Positions 17,080 through 30,926 of a stretch of 64,000 nucleotides of DNA are shown piece by piece (positions within the stretch are counted from its first letter, which is position 1; every line of letters begins with the position of its first letter). The stretch comes from Acidobacteriota bacterium. Lineage in GTDB: Bacteria; Acidobacteriota; Terriglobia; Terriglobales; SCQP01. The position numbers were made by a program, and so were the translations under genes. Below the pieces are notes generated by a model. It worked only from the letters and a program-made list of their open reading frames with translations, was not told where the DNA came from and ran no database searches. The stretch covers positions 40,992-104,991 of the forward strand of contig DAHVCP010000008.1 in assembly GCA_027314025.1 (NCBI GenBank), read 5' to 3'.

Positions 17080-18123
17080 ATGGCTGGGCTAACGATCTGC
17101 ATTGTAGCCGGCGGCTACTCGCCCGAGCGGAATGTATCCTTGGCCAGCGCCGCCAACGTCGCGGCTCATCTGCGGCGCGGCGGGCATCAGGTTTCCGTGC
17201 TGGATCCGTGCGGCGGCGGTGCGCCACTGGCGGCGGCCGCCGAAGCGGCGATTTTGGCCGCGCCGATCGGCGCTCCCCCCGGCGCCGCCGAGCAGGCCGA
17301 TTTGCGCGCCGCCCTGGACGCCGCGCGGCTGCTGGCCGCTCCGGCACTGCGCGCCGCGCAGGTGGTGTTCCCACTGGTGCATGGAGCGTTTGGCGAAGAT
17401 GGCCGCTTGCAGGCGCTGCTGGAGGCGGCGGGCAAGCCCTATGTCGGCAGTGACTGGGCCGGGCAGGCCATGGCCATGGACAAACACATCGCCAAGGAAT
17501 TGATGGTGCAGAATGGCATCCGCACGCCCCCGTGGGTCTGCCTGGCCGCGGGCGAGCCCTTGCCCGCGGCGGTGGATTTGCCTGCGGTGGTCATGCCCGC
17601 CAGCGGCGGCTCCTCGGTGGCCATGGCGGTTTGCCGCGATTCCGCGGAACTGGCGCCGGCGCTGGAGCGGGCTTGGGCGGAGGATCGCTTCGCGCTTGTG
17701 CAACGGTTCATCGCCGGCAGGGAACTGACATTGGGCATGCTCGGCAGCGAACCGCTCGCGTTGGGGGAGATCCGAGCTCCCAGCGCCATGTTCGACTATG
17801 AGGCCAAGTACCGCGGCGGCGCGACGCGGGAGATTTTTCCCGCCGATGTTTCCGCCGCGGCGCGGGAAGCCGCCGGCGCCATGGGCCGAGCCATGATGTC
17901 CGCGCTGCGGCTGCGCCACTATGCCCGCATGGATTTTATTTTGGATGGCGCGGGCCAGCTTTGGGCGCTGGAAGCCAACGCCGTGCCCGGCATGACCGCG
18001 AAGAGCTTGTATCCGCAGTCGGCGGCGGCGGCGGGCTGGGATTTCGCCGTGCTGTGCGAGCGACTCTGCCGGATGGCCCTAAGCGGCGAATCCAGCGCGG
18101 GCGGCGCCGGCTTGTCGCGGTAG
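17080..18123 (+). CDS. ddl: D-alanine--D-alanine ligase
   Basis: VAGGYSPERNVSLASA, FPLVHGAFGEDGRLQALLE, ATP-grasp core, MDFILD...LWALEANAVPGMT. Confidence 0.9.
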   Translation: MAGLTICIVAGGYSPERNVSLASAANVAAHLRRGGHQVSVLDPCGGGAPLAAAAEAAILAAPIGAPPGAAEQADLRAALDAARLLAAPALRAAQVVFPLVHGAFGEDGRLQALLEAAGKPYVGSDWAGQAMAMDKHIAKELMVQNGIRTPPWVCLAAGEPLPAAVDLPAVVMPASGGSSVAMAVCRDSAELAPALERAWAEDRFALVQRFIAGRELTLGMLGSEPLALGEIRAPSAMFDYEAKYRGGATREIFPADVSAAAREAAGAMGRAMMSALRLRHYARMDFILDGAGQLWALEANAVPGMTAKSLYPQSAAAAGWDFAVLCERLCRMALSGESSAGGAGLSR

Positions 18124-18288
18124 GCGCCGCTAGCCGCGCCCGGCAGCGATCGCGGGCCGCATGCCGGCGGGACCGGGCCTCCGCGGCGGCGTCACCCCCG
18201 GGCGTCCGCAAGCGCGGCCTCCGGGCGGGTGCGAGGCTGCGAGGCGCAAGCACGCGGGCCTCAGCGCCAGCCGATTTCCGGGCGCCGG

Positions 18289-20232
18289 CTATGCCGCGGA
18301 CGGCAGGGCGCGGGCCGCCGGTGCATCGCGGCGCTGGTCCCGGGCCGCGGCCATCCACTGCGCCAGGACCATCAAATTCCAAATCTGCCGGCTGTAATCC
18401 GCCTGCCCGCTCCAGTGATGGCGCAGCATCATGGCGACGACGTCACGATCCAATTCCGCGTCCAGCGCGCCGCCGGCGAGCGTTTCCTGCGCCAATCGGC
18501 GCAGCGGCCCGCGCAGCCACGCGCCCAGCGGAAGGGAAAACTCCCGCCCCCCGGAGCGCCGAACGGCGGCGGGCAGACGTCCGCGGACCGCGCGGCGCAG
18601 CAGATGCATGCCGCGCAGATGCCGTAATTTATGGCGGCCGGGCAGGGAAAAGAGAAACAGCGCCAAATCGGTATCCAGCCACGGCGCCCGCGCCTCCAGC
18701 CCATGCGCCATGGTCATGCGGTCCAGCGTCGCCAAACTCCCGTCACCCACCCGCAGCCGCAGGTCGCAGTACAGAGTTCGGTTTAGCCAGTCGGCCTGCG
18801 GCCATTCCGCCGCAATCGCCGCCAGCAACTCACGGCCGGCGACGGGCCATACCGCGCGCCGCCACAAGCGGCGGCGCTGTTCGCGGTTGAACGCCGTGCA
18901 CCACGCCGCCATGCGCTGCGCCGGTGGCAGCGCCAGACTCCGGCGGAACCGCAGCACGCGGCCGGACCAGGGGCGCGGGCCGCGCGGCGGCCATAATTCC
19001 ATGTGGCCGACAGCCGCCGCGCCGCGCCGCAGCCGCGGCAGCCGGTCCGCGCCATGCGCGAGGGCCAGGGCGGCATGTTCCGGCCGCCCGGCCAGCAGTT
19101 CCAGCGCGCCCGCGGCAACCATGCACGCCGCCACCCGCGGCCGCGCGGCCTGCGCCAATAAATACAGCGGCACGGCGCGGGCATCGCCCAAAGGCTCGCC
19201 GCCACTCGCGGCGATGGCCGGCCATGCCGCCGCCAGAGCCTCCGGCCGCAACCGCAGTTCGTGGTGCTCGGCGCCCAAACGCCGCGCGAGACGGCGGGCT
19301 GCCGATAACCGGGAACTGCGTTGGGCGGCGCCCACCGCGAATGTATGTACCGCGCCCGCCCGGGCCTCGCGCATCAGCGCGAGCATGGCCGCGGTCTCCA
19401 ACCCGCCGTTCAGCACCAGCCCCACCGGCTCCGCGGTCAACCGGCGCCGCACGGCGGCGCGCAGCCGCACCCACAGCTCCTCTTCCTGTTCGGCATCCGT
19501 GACGGGACCGGGCCGGCCGAGCGCGATTTCCTCCGCGCGCGCCTCCAATCGCTCCGGCAAGAACCAATAGCGGAACTGCCGCAGGCCCTCGGGCCGCCAG
19601 CGCAACACATGGCCCGCCGCCAGCTTCCGCGCCCCGGTGTAGGCGGAATACGGCGCGGGAATATGGTCCATTTGCAAATACAAGTCCAGCGCCGTCCAGT
19701 CCCACGCATCGTCCCAACCCGGGTCGGCGCGCAGCGCGCCGAGTTCGGAGGCGAAGCTGAGCCCGTCCCGGCGCGCGGCATAATACAGCGGCTTCACCCC
19801 GAAACGGTCGCGCGCCAACAGCAAGGAGCGCCGCGGCGCGTCCCAAAGGGCGAAGGCGAAGCTTCCCTCCAAATGCCGCGGCAGGGATTCTCCATGTTGT
19901 TGGTACAAATGCACCAGCAACTCCCCCGTGTCTTCGCCGCGGAAGCGGTGTCCGCGCGCCAGCAAATCCTGGCGCAGTTCGGCGGCGTTGTGGACCTCGC
20001 CGTCGCAGAAGGCGATGACGGCGTCGCCGGCGCCGCCGCCCGCTGGCGCCGCCATGGGCTTTGCGGCTGGCGGCTGCGAAGAGCGCCAGCCCAGCACGGC
20101 GCCGTCGCCGCGATAAAACTTCTCCGCCTCCGGCCCGCGATGGCGCAGCCGTGCAGCCATGGCCCGCACGGTGGCCGCGGTCTGGGCACGGTTCCCCGCC
20201 GCTTCCCCCACCCAGCCGCAGATGCCCGCCAT
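18289..20232 (-). CDS. Asparagine synthase (glutamine-hydrolysing) family protein
   Basis: N-terminal Ntn-amidotransferase region (ICGW...RGPE...), synthetase domain LNGGLETAAM (SGGLDS-like), C-terminal AsnB-like region. Confidence 0.8.
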   Translation of the reverse strand: MAGICGWVGEAAGNRAQTAATVRAMAARLRHRGPEAEKFYRGDGAVLGWRSSQPPAAKPMAAPAGGGAGDAVIAFCDGEVHNAAELRQDLLARGHRFRGEDTGELLVHLYQQHGESLPRHLEGSFAFALWDAPRRSLLLARDRFGVKPLYYAARRDGLSFASELGALRADPGWDDAWDWTALDLYLQMDHIPAPYSAYTGARKLAAGHVLRWRPEGLRQFRYWFLPERLEARAEEIALGRPGPVTDAEQEEELWVRLRAAVRRRLTAEPVGLVLNGGLETAAMLALMREARAGAVHTFAVGAAQRSSRLSAARRLARRLGAEHHELRLRPEALAAAWPAIAASGGEPLGDARAVPLYLLAQAARPRVAACMVAAGALELLAGRPEHAALALAHGADRLPRLRRGAAAVGHMELWPPRGPRPWSGRVLRFRRSLALPPAQRMAAWCTAFNREQRRRLWRRAVWPVAGRELLAAIAAEWPQADWLNRTLYCDLRLRVGDGSLATLDRMTMAHGLEARAPWLDTDLALFLFSLPGRHKLRHLRGMHLLRRAVRGRLPAAVRRSGGREFSLPLGAWLRGPLRRLAQETLAGGALDAELDRDVVAMMLRHHWSGQADYSRQIWNLMVLAQWMAAARDQRRDAPAARALPSAA

Positions 20233-20625
20233 AGCTTGGGTCAGATGGATGAAAGTGGAATCAGGATGCCTGCGGCGCCCTTCCGAGCGCCCGTTCGGGG
20301 CTCTTCACGGGCCCGCTTCGGCCCTTTCCTTTTGCGCAACGCCTGGGTAGAATATTCCTGTTGCAGCGACCGCTGGCGGTGCCTGGCGGATGCCCCGCGG
20401 CATCCGAGCGCATCACCCACGGGAGCCGCAATCTTGAGCATGCGCGGCCCGCGCTCCGCACCGTTCAGCGCCGGCGCCGCATTTCCGGACAACGTGGGGA
20501 GACGTTGGCCCGACCCGGTTTGCTAACCAGGGCAGGCTGGGCAAGACGAGCATCCATGCCCCGCCGCCGGACGATGATGATCGCGATTACGCGCCAGTTG
20601 ACGACTGAACACCGCCGCCATCCGT

Positions 20626-21096
20626 ATGCAGACCGTACTTCACGAACTGGGTAATCTGCTGCTCGCCAGCGTGCCCACCATCATCATTTTTCTCCTGCTG
20701 CACTTTTATCTTCGCCGCGTTCTCTACCGTCCACTCGGTAGGATGCTGGCGGAGCGCCGGGCCCGCACCGAGGGCCAGTTCGAAGCCGCCCGGCGGATGA
20801 TCGAGTTGGCCGAACAGAAGCTGACCGAGTACGAGACCACGCTGCGCGAAGCTCGCGCCGCCATGTATCGCGACATCGAGGAGCGGCGCGCGCACGCCAT
20901 GGGCGAACGGGTGACGTTGCTGGCCGCGGCGCGGCAGCACGCCGAGGCGGCAAGACGGCAGGCGGAGTCGGATTTGGAGCGCGAGATGGCGCAAGCCAAG
21001 GCGCAGCTGGAAGCCGGCGCGGAGGGCATGGCGACTGATATCTATCACGCCGTATTGGGCCACCGTCCGATGGCAAGCCCGGGAGTCGGGGCATGA
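20626..21096 (+). CDS. F0F1 ATP synthase subunit b' (second b-type stator subunit)
   Basis: Single N-terminal TM (LLASVPTIIIFLLLHFYL) followed by a long charged helix. Overlaps the next b-type gene (ATGA) and lies upstream of atpH. Confidence 0.75.
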   Translation: MQTVLHELGNLLLASVPTIIIFLLLHFYLRRVLYRPLGRMLAERRARTEGQFEAARRMIELAEQKLTEYETTLREARAAMYRDIEERRAHAMGERVTLLAAARQHAEAARRQAESDLEREMAQAKAQLEAGAEGMATDIYHAVLGHRPMASPGVGA

Positions 21097-21884
21097 AGCG
21101 CGCGCGCTCTGCTTCGCTCCGCCGCGCCGGCGGGGCGCTGGCGCTAGCCGCCGTCGTGCTGTTGGCTGGGCTGCCGGCCTTCGCCGCCTTCCAGGCCATC
21201 CCTCCGGTTACGCCCGCGCGGGCGCAGGCCACGCCCCAGAACCCCGCCCAACTTCCCGCCAGCCGCGGCGCCGCAGCGCCGGTGGTGCACACCGCCGCGC
21301 CGGCGCGGCGGAAAGAGGCGTTCAGCAAGACGCAGGTCAGCCTGTGGCTGCGGCCCGTGGCGCGGGCCACGCACCTGTCCACCGGGTTGCTGTGGACCAT
21401 CATCTGGCTGATCAATCTCGGCATTCTGCTCTGGGTGCTGTACTTCATCTTTTACCGCATGAAGAACTGGTCCCTGCCCGGGCTGATGCGCAATCGCACG
21501 CAGACCATCCGCCGCCGCTTGGCGGAGGCCGAGGAGGCGGTGGCCGAGGCGACCGAGCGCCTGCGCTCCATCGAGGCGCGCTTGGCCGGAGTGGACGCGG
21601 AAGTGGCGGCGTTGCAGGCGCAGACGCGGCAAGAAGCGGAGATGGAATATCGCCGCCTGAGCGCCGAGTCCGCCGTGGAAGCGGAAAAGATCGCCCAGGC
21701 GGCGGCGCGGCAAATCGCGGCCAGCAGCCAGACGGCGCGCCAGGAGCTGCGCCACTATGCCGCGGAATTGGCCGTGGCGGTGGCGGAGCGCCGCCTGCGC
21801 CGCGACGTCAATGCGGAAATGGATGAAGTGTTGGTCCGGCAGGCGGCCGGGCATTTCGCCGCCGCCGGCCGGCAGCCGGTTTAG
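21093..21884 (+). CDS. atpF: F0F1 ATP synthase subunit b with an N-terminal extension of about 95 aa
   Basis: TM WTIIWLINLGILLWVLYFIFY followed by a coiled-coil typical of subunit b. An extra signal/TM-like segment (ALALAAVVLLAGLPAFAAF) sits at the N-terminus. Confidence 0.75.
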   Translation: MKRARSASLRRAGGALALAAVVLLAGLPAFAAFQAIPPVTPARAQATPQNPAQLPASRGAAAPVVHTAAPARRKEAFSKTQVSLWLRPVARATHLSTGLLWTIIWLINLGILLWVLYFIFYRMKNWSLPGLMRNRTQTIRRRLAEAEEAVAEATERLRSIEARLAGVDAEVAALQAQTRQEAEMEYRRLSAESAVEAEKIAQAAARQIAASSQTARQELRHYAAELAVAVAERRLRRDVNAEMDEVLVRQAAGHFAAAGRQPV

Positions 21885-21892
21885 GAGCCCCC

Positions 21893-22435
21893 ATGCCCGG
21901 AGTGGTCGCGGAACATTACGCCCAAGCCCTGCTCGGCGTCGTCGCCGACGGCAAGGCCGACGCCACGGCGCTGAACCGCGAGCTGGGCGAACTCGCCGGA
22001 CTGATCGCCGGCTCGCGCGAACTGCGCCTGACGATGGCCAGCCCCGCCGTCTCGCTGCCGCAGAAGCAGGCGGTTCTGGAGGCGCTGGCCTACCGCCTGG
22101 GACTGTCGCGCATCATGCGCAATTTCTTGGCGGTGGCCGCCAGCCGGGGCCGCGCCACGGACATCCCCGACATCGCCGCCGCCTTCGAGCACCTGTGGCG
22201 CCGCCGCCAGGGCGTCCAGCGCGCGGAGATTTTCACCGTGCGGCCGCTGCCCCCGGCCGAGCGCGCCGCCATTGAGCAGGACTTGGCCGCCGCCAGCGGC
22301 GGCCGGATTGAAGCCGAGTACCGCCAGGACGACAGCTTGATCGGCGGTTTTCTCGCCCGGGTGGGCGACACCGTCTACGATGGCAGCCTGCGCGGCCGCT
22401 TGGACCGCCTGCGCCGCAGGCTACTGGAGCAATAA
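21893..22435 (+). CDS. atpH: F0F1 ATP synthase subunit delta (OSCP)
   Basis: Position between b and alpha. YAQALL N-terminus; IGGFLARVGDTVYDGSLRGRL C-terminus. Confidence 0.9.
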   Translation: MPGVVAEHYAQALLGVVADGKADATALNRELGELAGLIAGSRELRLTMASPAVSLPQKQAVLEALAYRLGLSRIMRNFLAVAASRGRATDIPDIAAAFEHLWRRRQGVQRAEIFTVRPLPPAERAAIEQDLAAASGGRIEAEYRQDDSLIGGFLARVGDTVYDGSLRGRLDRLRRRLLEQ

Positions 22436-22503
22436 AAGCAATCGGGAGACAATAACCGCAACGGCCCCGCCACGGGCGGGGACAGCAGGACAGGCCAACG
22501 CTT

Positions 22504-24099
<1,596 letters not shown>

Positions 24100-24108
24100 C
24101 CGGCGCCC

Positions 24109-26513
<2,405 letters not shown>

Positions 26514-26516
26514 GCC

Positions 26517-26969
26517 ATGCCGGACGCGACATTCCAACTCGAGGTGGTCACGCCGGAGCGGCTGGCGCTCCGCGTCGCCGCCACCGAGGCCTCCATTCCC
26601 GCCCTGCTGGGATGCATCGGCATGCGGCCCGGCCACGCGCAGCTGGTGGCGGAGTTGGGGGCCGGCGAACTGACGTGGAAGCCCGCCGGCGCGGCCGAGC
26701 CCGTTTCCGCGGCGGACCAGCCGCCGCAGCTCGTCCTCGGCGGCGGCTTCGTCGAGATCACCAACGAGAAGGCCGTCATTCTGGCCGACAGCGCCGAGTG
26801 GCCGGGCGAAATTGACCCGGCCCGCGCCCTGGCCGCACTGGAGCGCGCGCAGGCGGCCGAGCGCAGCGCGGATCCCAACGTGGATCACCTGGCCGCCGTC
26901 CGCGCCGTGCAGCACGCCCAGGTCCGCCTCGCCGCCCGCGAGCAGTACACGCAAAACCACCAGCGCTGA
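26517..26969 (+). CDS. atpC: F0F1 ATP synthase subunit epsilon
   Basis: Position after atpD. N-terminal beta-sandwich pattern (FQLEVVTPE) and C-terminal helical hairpin. Confidence 0.85.
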   Translation: MPDATFQLEVVTPERLALRVAATEASIPALLGCIGMRPGHAQLVAELGAGELTWKPAGAAEPVSAADQPPQLVLGGGFVEITNEKAVILADSAEWPGEIDPARALAALERAQAAERSADPNVDHLAAVRAVQHAQVRLAAREQYTQNHQR

Positions 26970-27094
26970 AGGGAAACATCGCCAGCGCCGCCGCGCGCCC
27001 GCGGCTGCGGAAAAAACAGCGCCTCGACGGGAGCGCCGGCATCCTGCCGGCGTGCTCGCCCCGCCCAGCTTGTGAGCTTGTGTCCTGACGTCGT

Positions 27095-27131
27095 CCCGCC
27101 AGCGGCGGGGGCGTCGCCCTCCGGGCGGCGG
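27095..27131 (+). repeat. GC-rich twin-hairpin module, copy 1 (related copy at 28593-28630)
   Basis: CCCGCC-AG-CGGCGGG then CGCCC-TCC-GGGCG; about 80% identical to the second copy. Confidence 0.5.
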
Positions 27132-27404
27132 GGGCCGCCAGCCGGGCGGCCGTTCCATGGTCTCCATTGCGGCGGGCGTTGGCCTTGTGAACGCCCGCGG
27201 GCTGAAGCCCGCTGCCCACAGGGTGAAAGCCCATTCCGCGGTTGATTTATCGCGCCGGCGCGGCCCCCCGGAGCCCGCGGCGCGACCGCCGCGACGGGGC
27301 GGGGCGCCGCGCCTATGGCCGATTGGCCCACGCCCACAGCGGCGGCCGCCGCCCGGGGCGGATTCCTGGGCCCCGTTGCCTGTGTTCAGGAGTACACTCG
27401 CCCC

Positions 27405-28367
27405 ATGCAGGGTCCACGCTTCGCCGCCGCCGCGCTTCTGCTTACCTTGCCGCTTGCCGCGCAGATCACCGGCAGCAAGACCTTGCTCGGCGAGGTGTTC
27501 GCCGGCCATAAGCCCGTGGGCCATGTCGTCGTGGTCTTGGAAAACCAATACGAGACGCCCGTCAACCAGACGCAAACCGACCTCGATGGACGGTTCAGCT
27601 TCTCCGGCCTGCAAGGCGGCGTCTATTACATCAGCATCACCGCTACCGGGTTCATTCCCGCCGAGCAGGAGGTGGATCTCGGGGTTTCCGGCCAGGAGGC
27701 CAGCGCCACCATCTTTCTCCAGCGCAAGCCGGAGATCATCCACGAGCCGTCGCTGGGCAAATACAGCCTCTCCGCCAAAGCGCAGCGGGATTACAAGAAA
27801 GCGGCCGCCTACCTGGCGAAGCGCCAGTACAAAAAGGCCATCGCTCCATTGTCCTCCATGCTCGACGCGGCCCCGACCTTCGCCCCCGGATACGCGGAGC
27901 TGGGCAGCGCCTACTTGGGCGCACGCAAGACCGGTCAAGCCCGCAAGGCCTGGCAAAAGGCGCTCAGCTTGGATCCGCATGAACCCGACGCCGCGGTCGG
28001 GCTGGCCCGCTTGCAGAACGATCATCGCCACTGGGCCCAGGCGCTGAAACTGCTGGCAAGAGTCCAAACCGCCGATCGCAAAGCCTGGACATGGCACTTC
28101 GAGCAGGGCCGCGCCGAATACGGCCTGAAGCGTTGGAACGCCGCCGATGCCGACCTGACCGCGGCGCTTCCGGGTGCTCCCAGCGAGCCGCACATGTATC
28201 TGATGGTCTCCAACCTCGATCTGCGCTTTCACCGTTATCCGCAGGCGCGCCAGATGCTGGAGAGCTACCTCAAGGCCAGCCCCAAGGGCCGCTTCGCGCC
28301 GCGGGTGCGGGCGATTTTAAAGCAAATGATCGCCTCCGGCGTACCCGAGCCGCCCGCCGGGAGCTGA
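27405..28367 (+). CDS. Secreted CarboxypepD_reg-like domain + TPR repeat protein
   Basis: Signal peptide MQGPRFAAAALLLTLPLAAQ from the ATG at 27405. GEVFAG...VVVVLEN...TDLDGRFSFSGLQGGVYYISI resembles the carboxypeptidase-regulatory fold. TPR-like repeats at the C-terminus. Confidence 0.75.
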   Translation: MQGPRFAAAALLLTLPLAAQITGSKTLLGEVFAGHKPVGHVVVVLENQYETPVNQTQTDLDGRFSFSGLQGGVYYISITATGFIPAEQEVDLGVSGQEASATIFLQRKPEIIHEPSLGKYSLSAKAQRDYKKAAAYLAKRQYKKAIAPLSSMLDAAPTFAPGYAELGSAYLGARKTGQARKAWQKALSLDPHEPDAAVGLARLQNDHRHWAQALKLLARVQTADRKAWTWHFEQGRAEYGLKRWNAADADLTAALPGAPSEPHMYLMVSNLDLRFHRYPQARQMLESYLKASPKGRFAPRVRAILKQMIASGVPEPPAGS

Positions 28368-28592
28368 CCGCCACGCGACCAGCGAGGGCCACAATCGCAG
28401 CCCGCGTCTCTCACGGCCTGGCGGCGCTAACTCCAGCGAAATCAACGCGAGGTGTCGCCCGCGGCACTGGCACTTGGGACGGTTTTGAGACTCCTGAGGT
28501 TTTGCGGGTGTTGGTTGCCTCGCTCGGCCGAGGGGCTAACGGGCGCGTGGGGTAGGGCTCCCGCCCTGCGTACGCACGCGTGTTCTGGCGGC

Positions 28593-28630
28593 CCCGCCAA
28601 CGGCGGGACCGCCGCCCTCCTGGGCGGCGG
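28593..28630 (+). repeat. GC-rich twin-hairpin module, copy 2
   Basis: CCCGCC-AA-CGGCGGG then CGCCC-TCCT-GGGCG; see the copy at 27095-27131. Confidence 0.5.
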
Positions 28631-28856
28631 CGTACGTTTTGGAGGCGGTGCGGGCACGGGGCTGCCGCCCCGGCGGCGCGGAGCGCGACCGTACGCAAGC
28701 CAGAGGCATACCCCACCTTTCCGCGCGCAGCGGAGGTGTTTCCCACCGCGGAAGCGTTGGGGCAGGTGGCATGCCCGATCCACCCGCGGTGCGCGCCCGC
28801 CACGCGCCATCCGGCTCCCCCAATCCGCGCGCATGCGTGAGAGAATCGGCCCATAG

Positions 28857-30437
28857 ATGCCCAGCCAACTGCTGCAGTGCAAATCTATTGACAAACTGAT
28901 CACCGACTCCCAGGATCCGGCGCACCGGCTGAAAAAAACCCTCGGGCCCTGGAGCCTGGTGGCCCTTGGTATCGGCGCCATCATCGGCTCCGGGATATTC
29001 GTCCTCACCGGCACCGCCGCCGCGGGGGAATATTCCGTGGTGCCGCATTGGTGGCGAGCGCAGGTCTTGGACCTGATGCTCAGCCTGATCCGCACCGGCC
29101 ACGTCAGCGCCAACATCATGCACGGCCGTCCGCCCGCCGGCCCCGCCATCGCCGTCTCGTTCCTTTTGGTGGCGATCGCGTGCAGTTTCGCCGGTCTCTG
29201 CTACGCCGAGCTGGCCTCGATGATTCCCATCGCCGGCAGCGCCTATACCTACTCCTACGCCACGCTGGGCGAGATCTTCGCTTGGATCATCGGCTGGGAT
29301 TTGATTCTCGAGTACGCCGTCAGCAACGTCGCCGTCGCCGTCGGTTTCGCCGGGTATTTCAAAGCCCCGCTGGCGCAGCTGGGCATTCATCTGCCGGATC
29401 GATGGTCGGCGCCGCTATGGGCGCCGCAGGGCGCGCCGCACGGCTACTTCAACGTTCCCGGCTTCCTGGTCGTGCTCATTCTGACCGTCTTGTTGGTGCA
29501 TGGCATCCGCGAGTCCGCCCGCACCAACAACATCATGGTCCTGATTAAGATCGGCGCCATACTCATCTTCATCGCCGCCGGCTCCATGCTCATTCACCCG
29601 GCGAATTGGAAACCCTTCGCCCCGTCCGGTTTCGCCGGCGTCGTCAGCGGCGGCGCCATCATCTTTTTCACCTATATCGGCTTCGATTCGGTATCCACCG
29701 CCGCCGAGGAGGCGCGCAATCCCCAGCGCGACATGCCCTTCGGCATCATCGGCTCGCTGATCGTCGCCACCGTCTTGTACATCGCCGTCGCCCTGGTGCT
29801 ATTGGGGATGCTGAAGTACTCGACCTTCCGCTATGGCCGCGCGGCGGAGGCGCCGGTGGCCTACGCGTTGCGCGTGCTGCACGCCAATCCCACGCTCCAG
29901 TTCGTCATCATCATCGGCGCCCTGATGGGCATGCTGTCGTCCTTGCTGGTCTTCCAATACGGCCAGGCGCGCATTTGGTTTGCCATGTCCCGCGACGGCT
30001 TGCTGCCCAAGATTTTTTCCGCCGTCCATCCCAAATACAAAACCCCGCATTGGTCCACCTGGATCGCCGGTTTCGCCGTCGCCATTCCCGCCGGGCTGGT
30101 GGATATCAGCGCCGCCGCCGATCTATCGAACATCGGCACGCTGTTCGCCTTTCTCTTGGTTTCGCTCGGCGTCATCTTTCTCCGCCGCCGCCAGCCGGAT
30201 CGTCCCCGCGGCTTCCGGGTACCTTTTGTGCCCTGGTTCCCGCTCATCTCGGTCGTCTTCTGCATTGTCCTAATGTTGGGCCTGCCGGTCATCACCTGGC
30301 TGCGTTTCCTCATCTGGCTGGCGATCGGCATGGTGATTTACTACTTCTACAGCCGCCATCACAGCGAGTTCGCTCCTCGCCGCCGGGAAGCGCCGGCCGA
30401 ATTGGGCAGCGGGGCCACCCTGCCGCCCGCCCGCTAG
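28857..30437 (+). CDS. Amino acid permease, APC superfamily (cationic amino acid transporter-like)
   Basis: LGIGAIIGSGIFVLTG, CYAELASMIPIAGSAYTYSY, FIGFDSVSTAAEEARNPQRDMP; about 12-14 TM segments. Confidence 0.9.
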   Translation: MPSQLLQCKSIDKLITDSQDPAHRLKKTLGPWSLVALGIGAIIGSGIFVLTGTAAAGEYSVVPHWWRAQVLDLMLSLIRTGHVSANIMHGRPPAGPAIAVSFLLVAIACSFAGLCYAELASMIPIAGSAYTYSYATLGEIFAWIIGWDLILEYAVSNVAVAVGFAGYFKAPLAQLGIHLPDRWSAPLWAPQGAPHGYFNVPGFLVVLILTVLLVHGIRESARTNNIMVLIKIGAILIFIAAGSMLIHPANWKPFAPSGFAGVVSGGAIIFFTYIGFDSVSTAAEEARNPQRDMPFGIIGSLIVATVLYIAVALVLLGMLKYSTFRYGRAAEAPVAYALRVLHANPTLQFVIIIGALMGMLSSLLVFQYGQARIWFAMSRDGLLPKIFSAVHPKYKTPHWSTWIAGFAVAIPAGLVDISAAADLSNIGTLFAFLLVSLGVIFLRRRQPDRPRGFRVPFVPWFPLISVVFCIVLMLGLPVITWLRFLIWLAIGMVIYYFYSRHHSEFAPRRREAPAELGSGATLPPAR

Positions 30438-30926
30438 CGGCGCGGCTCAGCCGCCCATTTTCGGCCGCCGACGATGGCGCGCCAGCGGCTGGGCGGCACC
30501 GGCCAGCGACAGTCGTCCGCCGGGGCCCCCGACGCCCGCGAGCGCCCAGGCCCCTCCCAGGCGCGGCGCACGGATCAAGTGCGGATGGGAGACCGGGCCG
30601 CAAGAACCGACAATGCCGGCCGCGGGAGCGCTCGGTCCGAAGTTCGGTTCCGCGCCCGCGGTGAGCGCGGGCCGAGCCGCCAACTTCGATTCGCGAGGGC
30701 CGCGCCTTTTGCCGGCGAAGCAAAGCAGGCGCGGAAAGGCGCGAGGCTCCCCCGGCGCGCACTTGGCGTGCGGATGAACGCCACGGCCTGCCCCCGGAGC
30801 GGCGCGGCCCCCTGCGAGGTTGCGAGGTGCCGGCTGGGCTGGGGCGAATGGGGCCCCCGGCCCAGCCTGGCGCCTAAGCGGGACGCGCGGCGTAGCCGCG
30901 CTGGGGCCCGCGCCAATCATTCACCG

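Noticed and set aside
20233-20625. Possible missing atpB/atpE or a small gene upstream of atpF'
   Set aside because: No ORF with hydrophobic c-subunit or a-subunit character exists here. Only Arg-rich pseudo-ORFs are present, and the promoter-like TTGCGC/TAGAAT pair has a 10-nt spacer, which is too short.
28368-28856. Riboswitch or T-box upstream of the amino-acid permease
   Set aside because: I could not recognise conserved cores of the lysine, glycine, SAM, TPP or T-box elements by eye. This needs an Infernal scan, so it is not called.
30438-30926. ORFs 30474-31142 (+), 30447-30920 (-) and 30575-30916 (-) in the tract downstream of the permease
   Set aside because: All three frames give Arg/Gly/Pro/Ala-rich products, with no start context and no family resemblance. 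The plus-strand ORF is also antisense to the cupin gene. I keep the tract as non-coding and report it as a finding.
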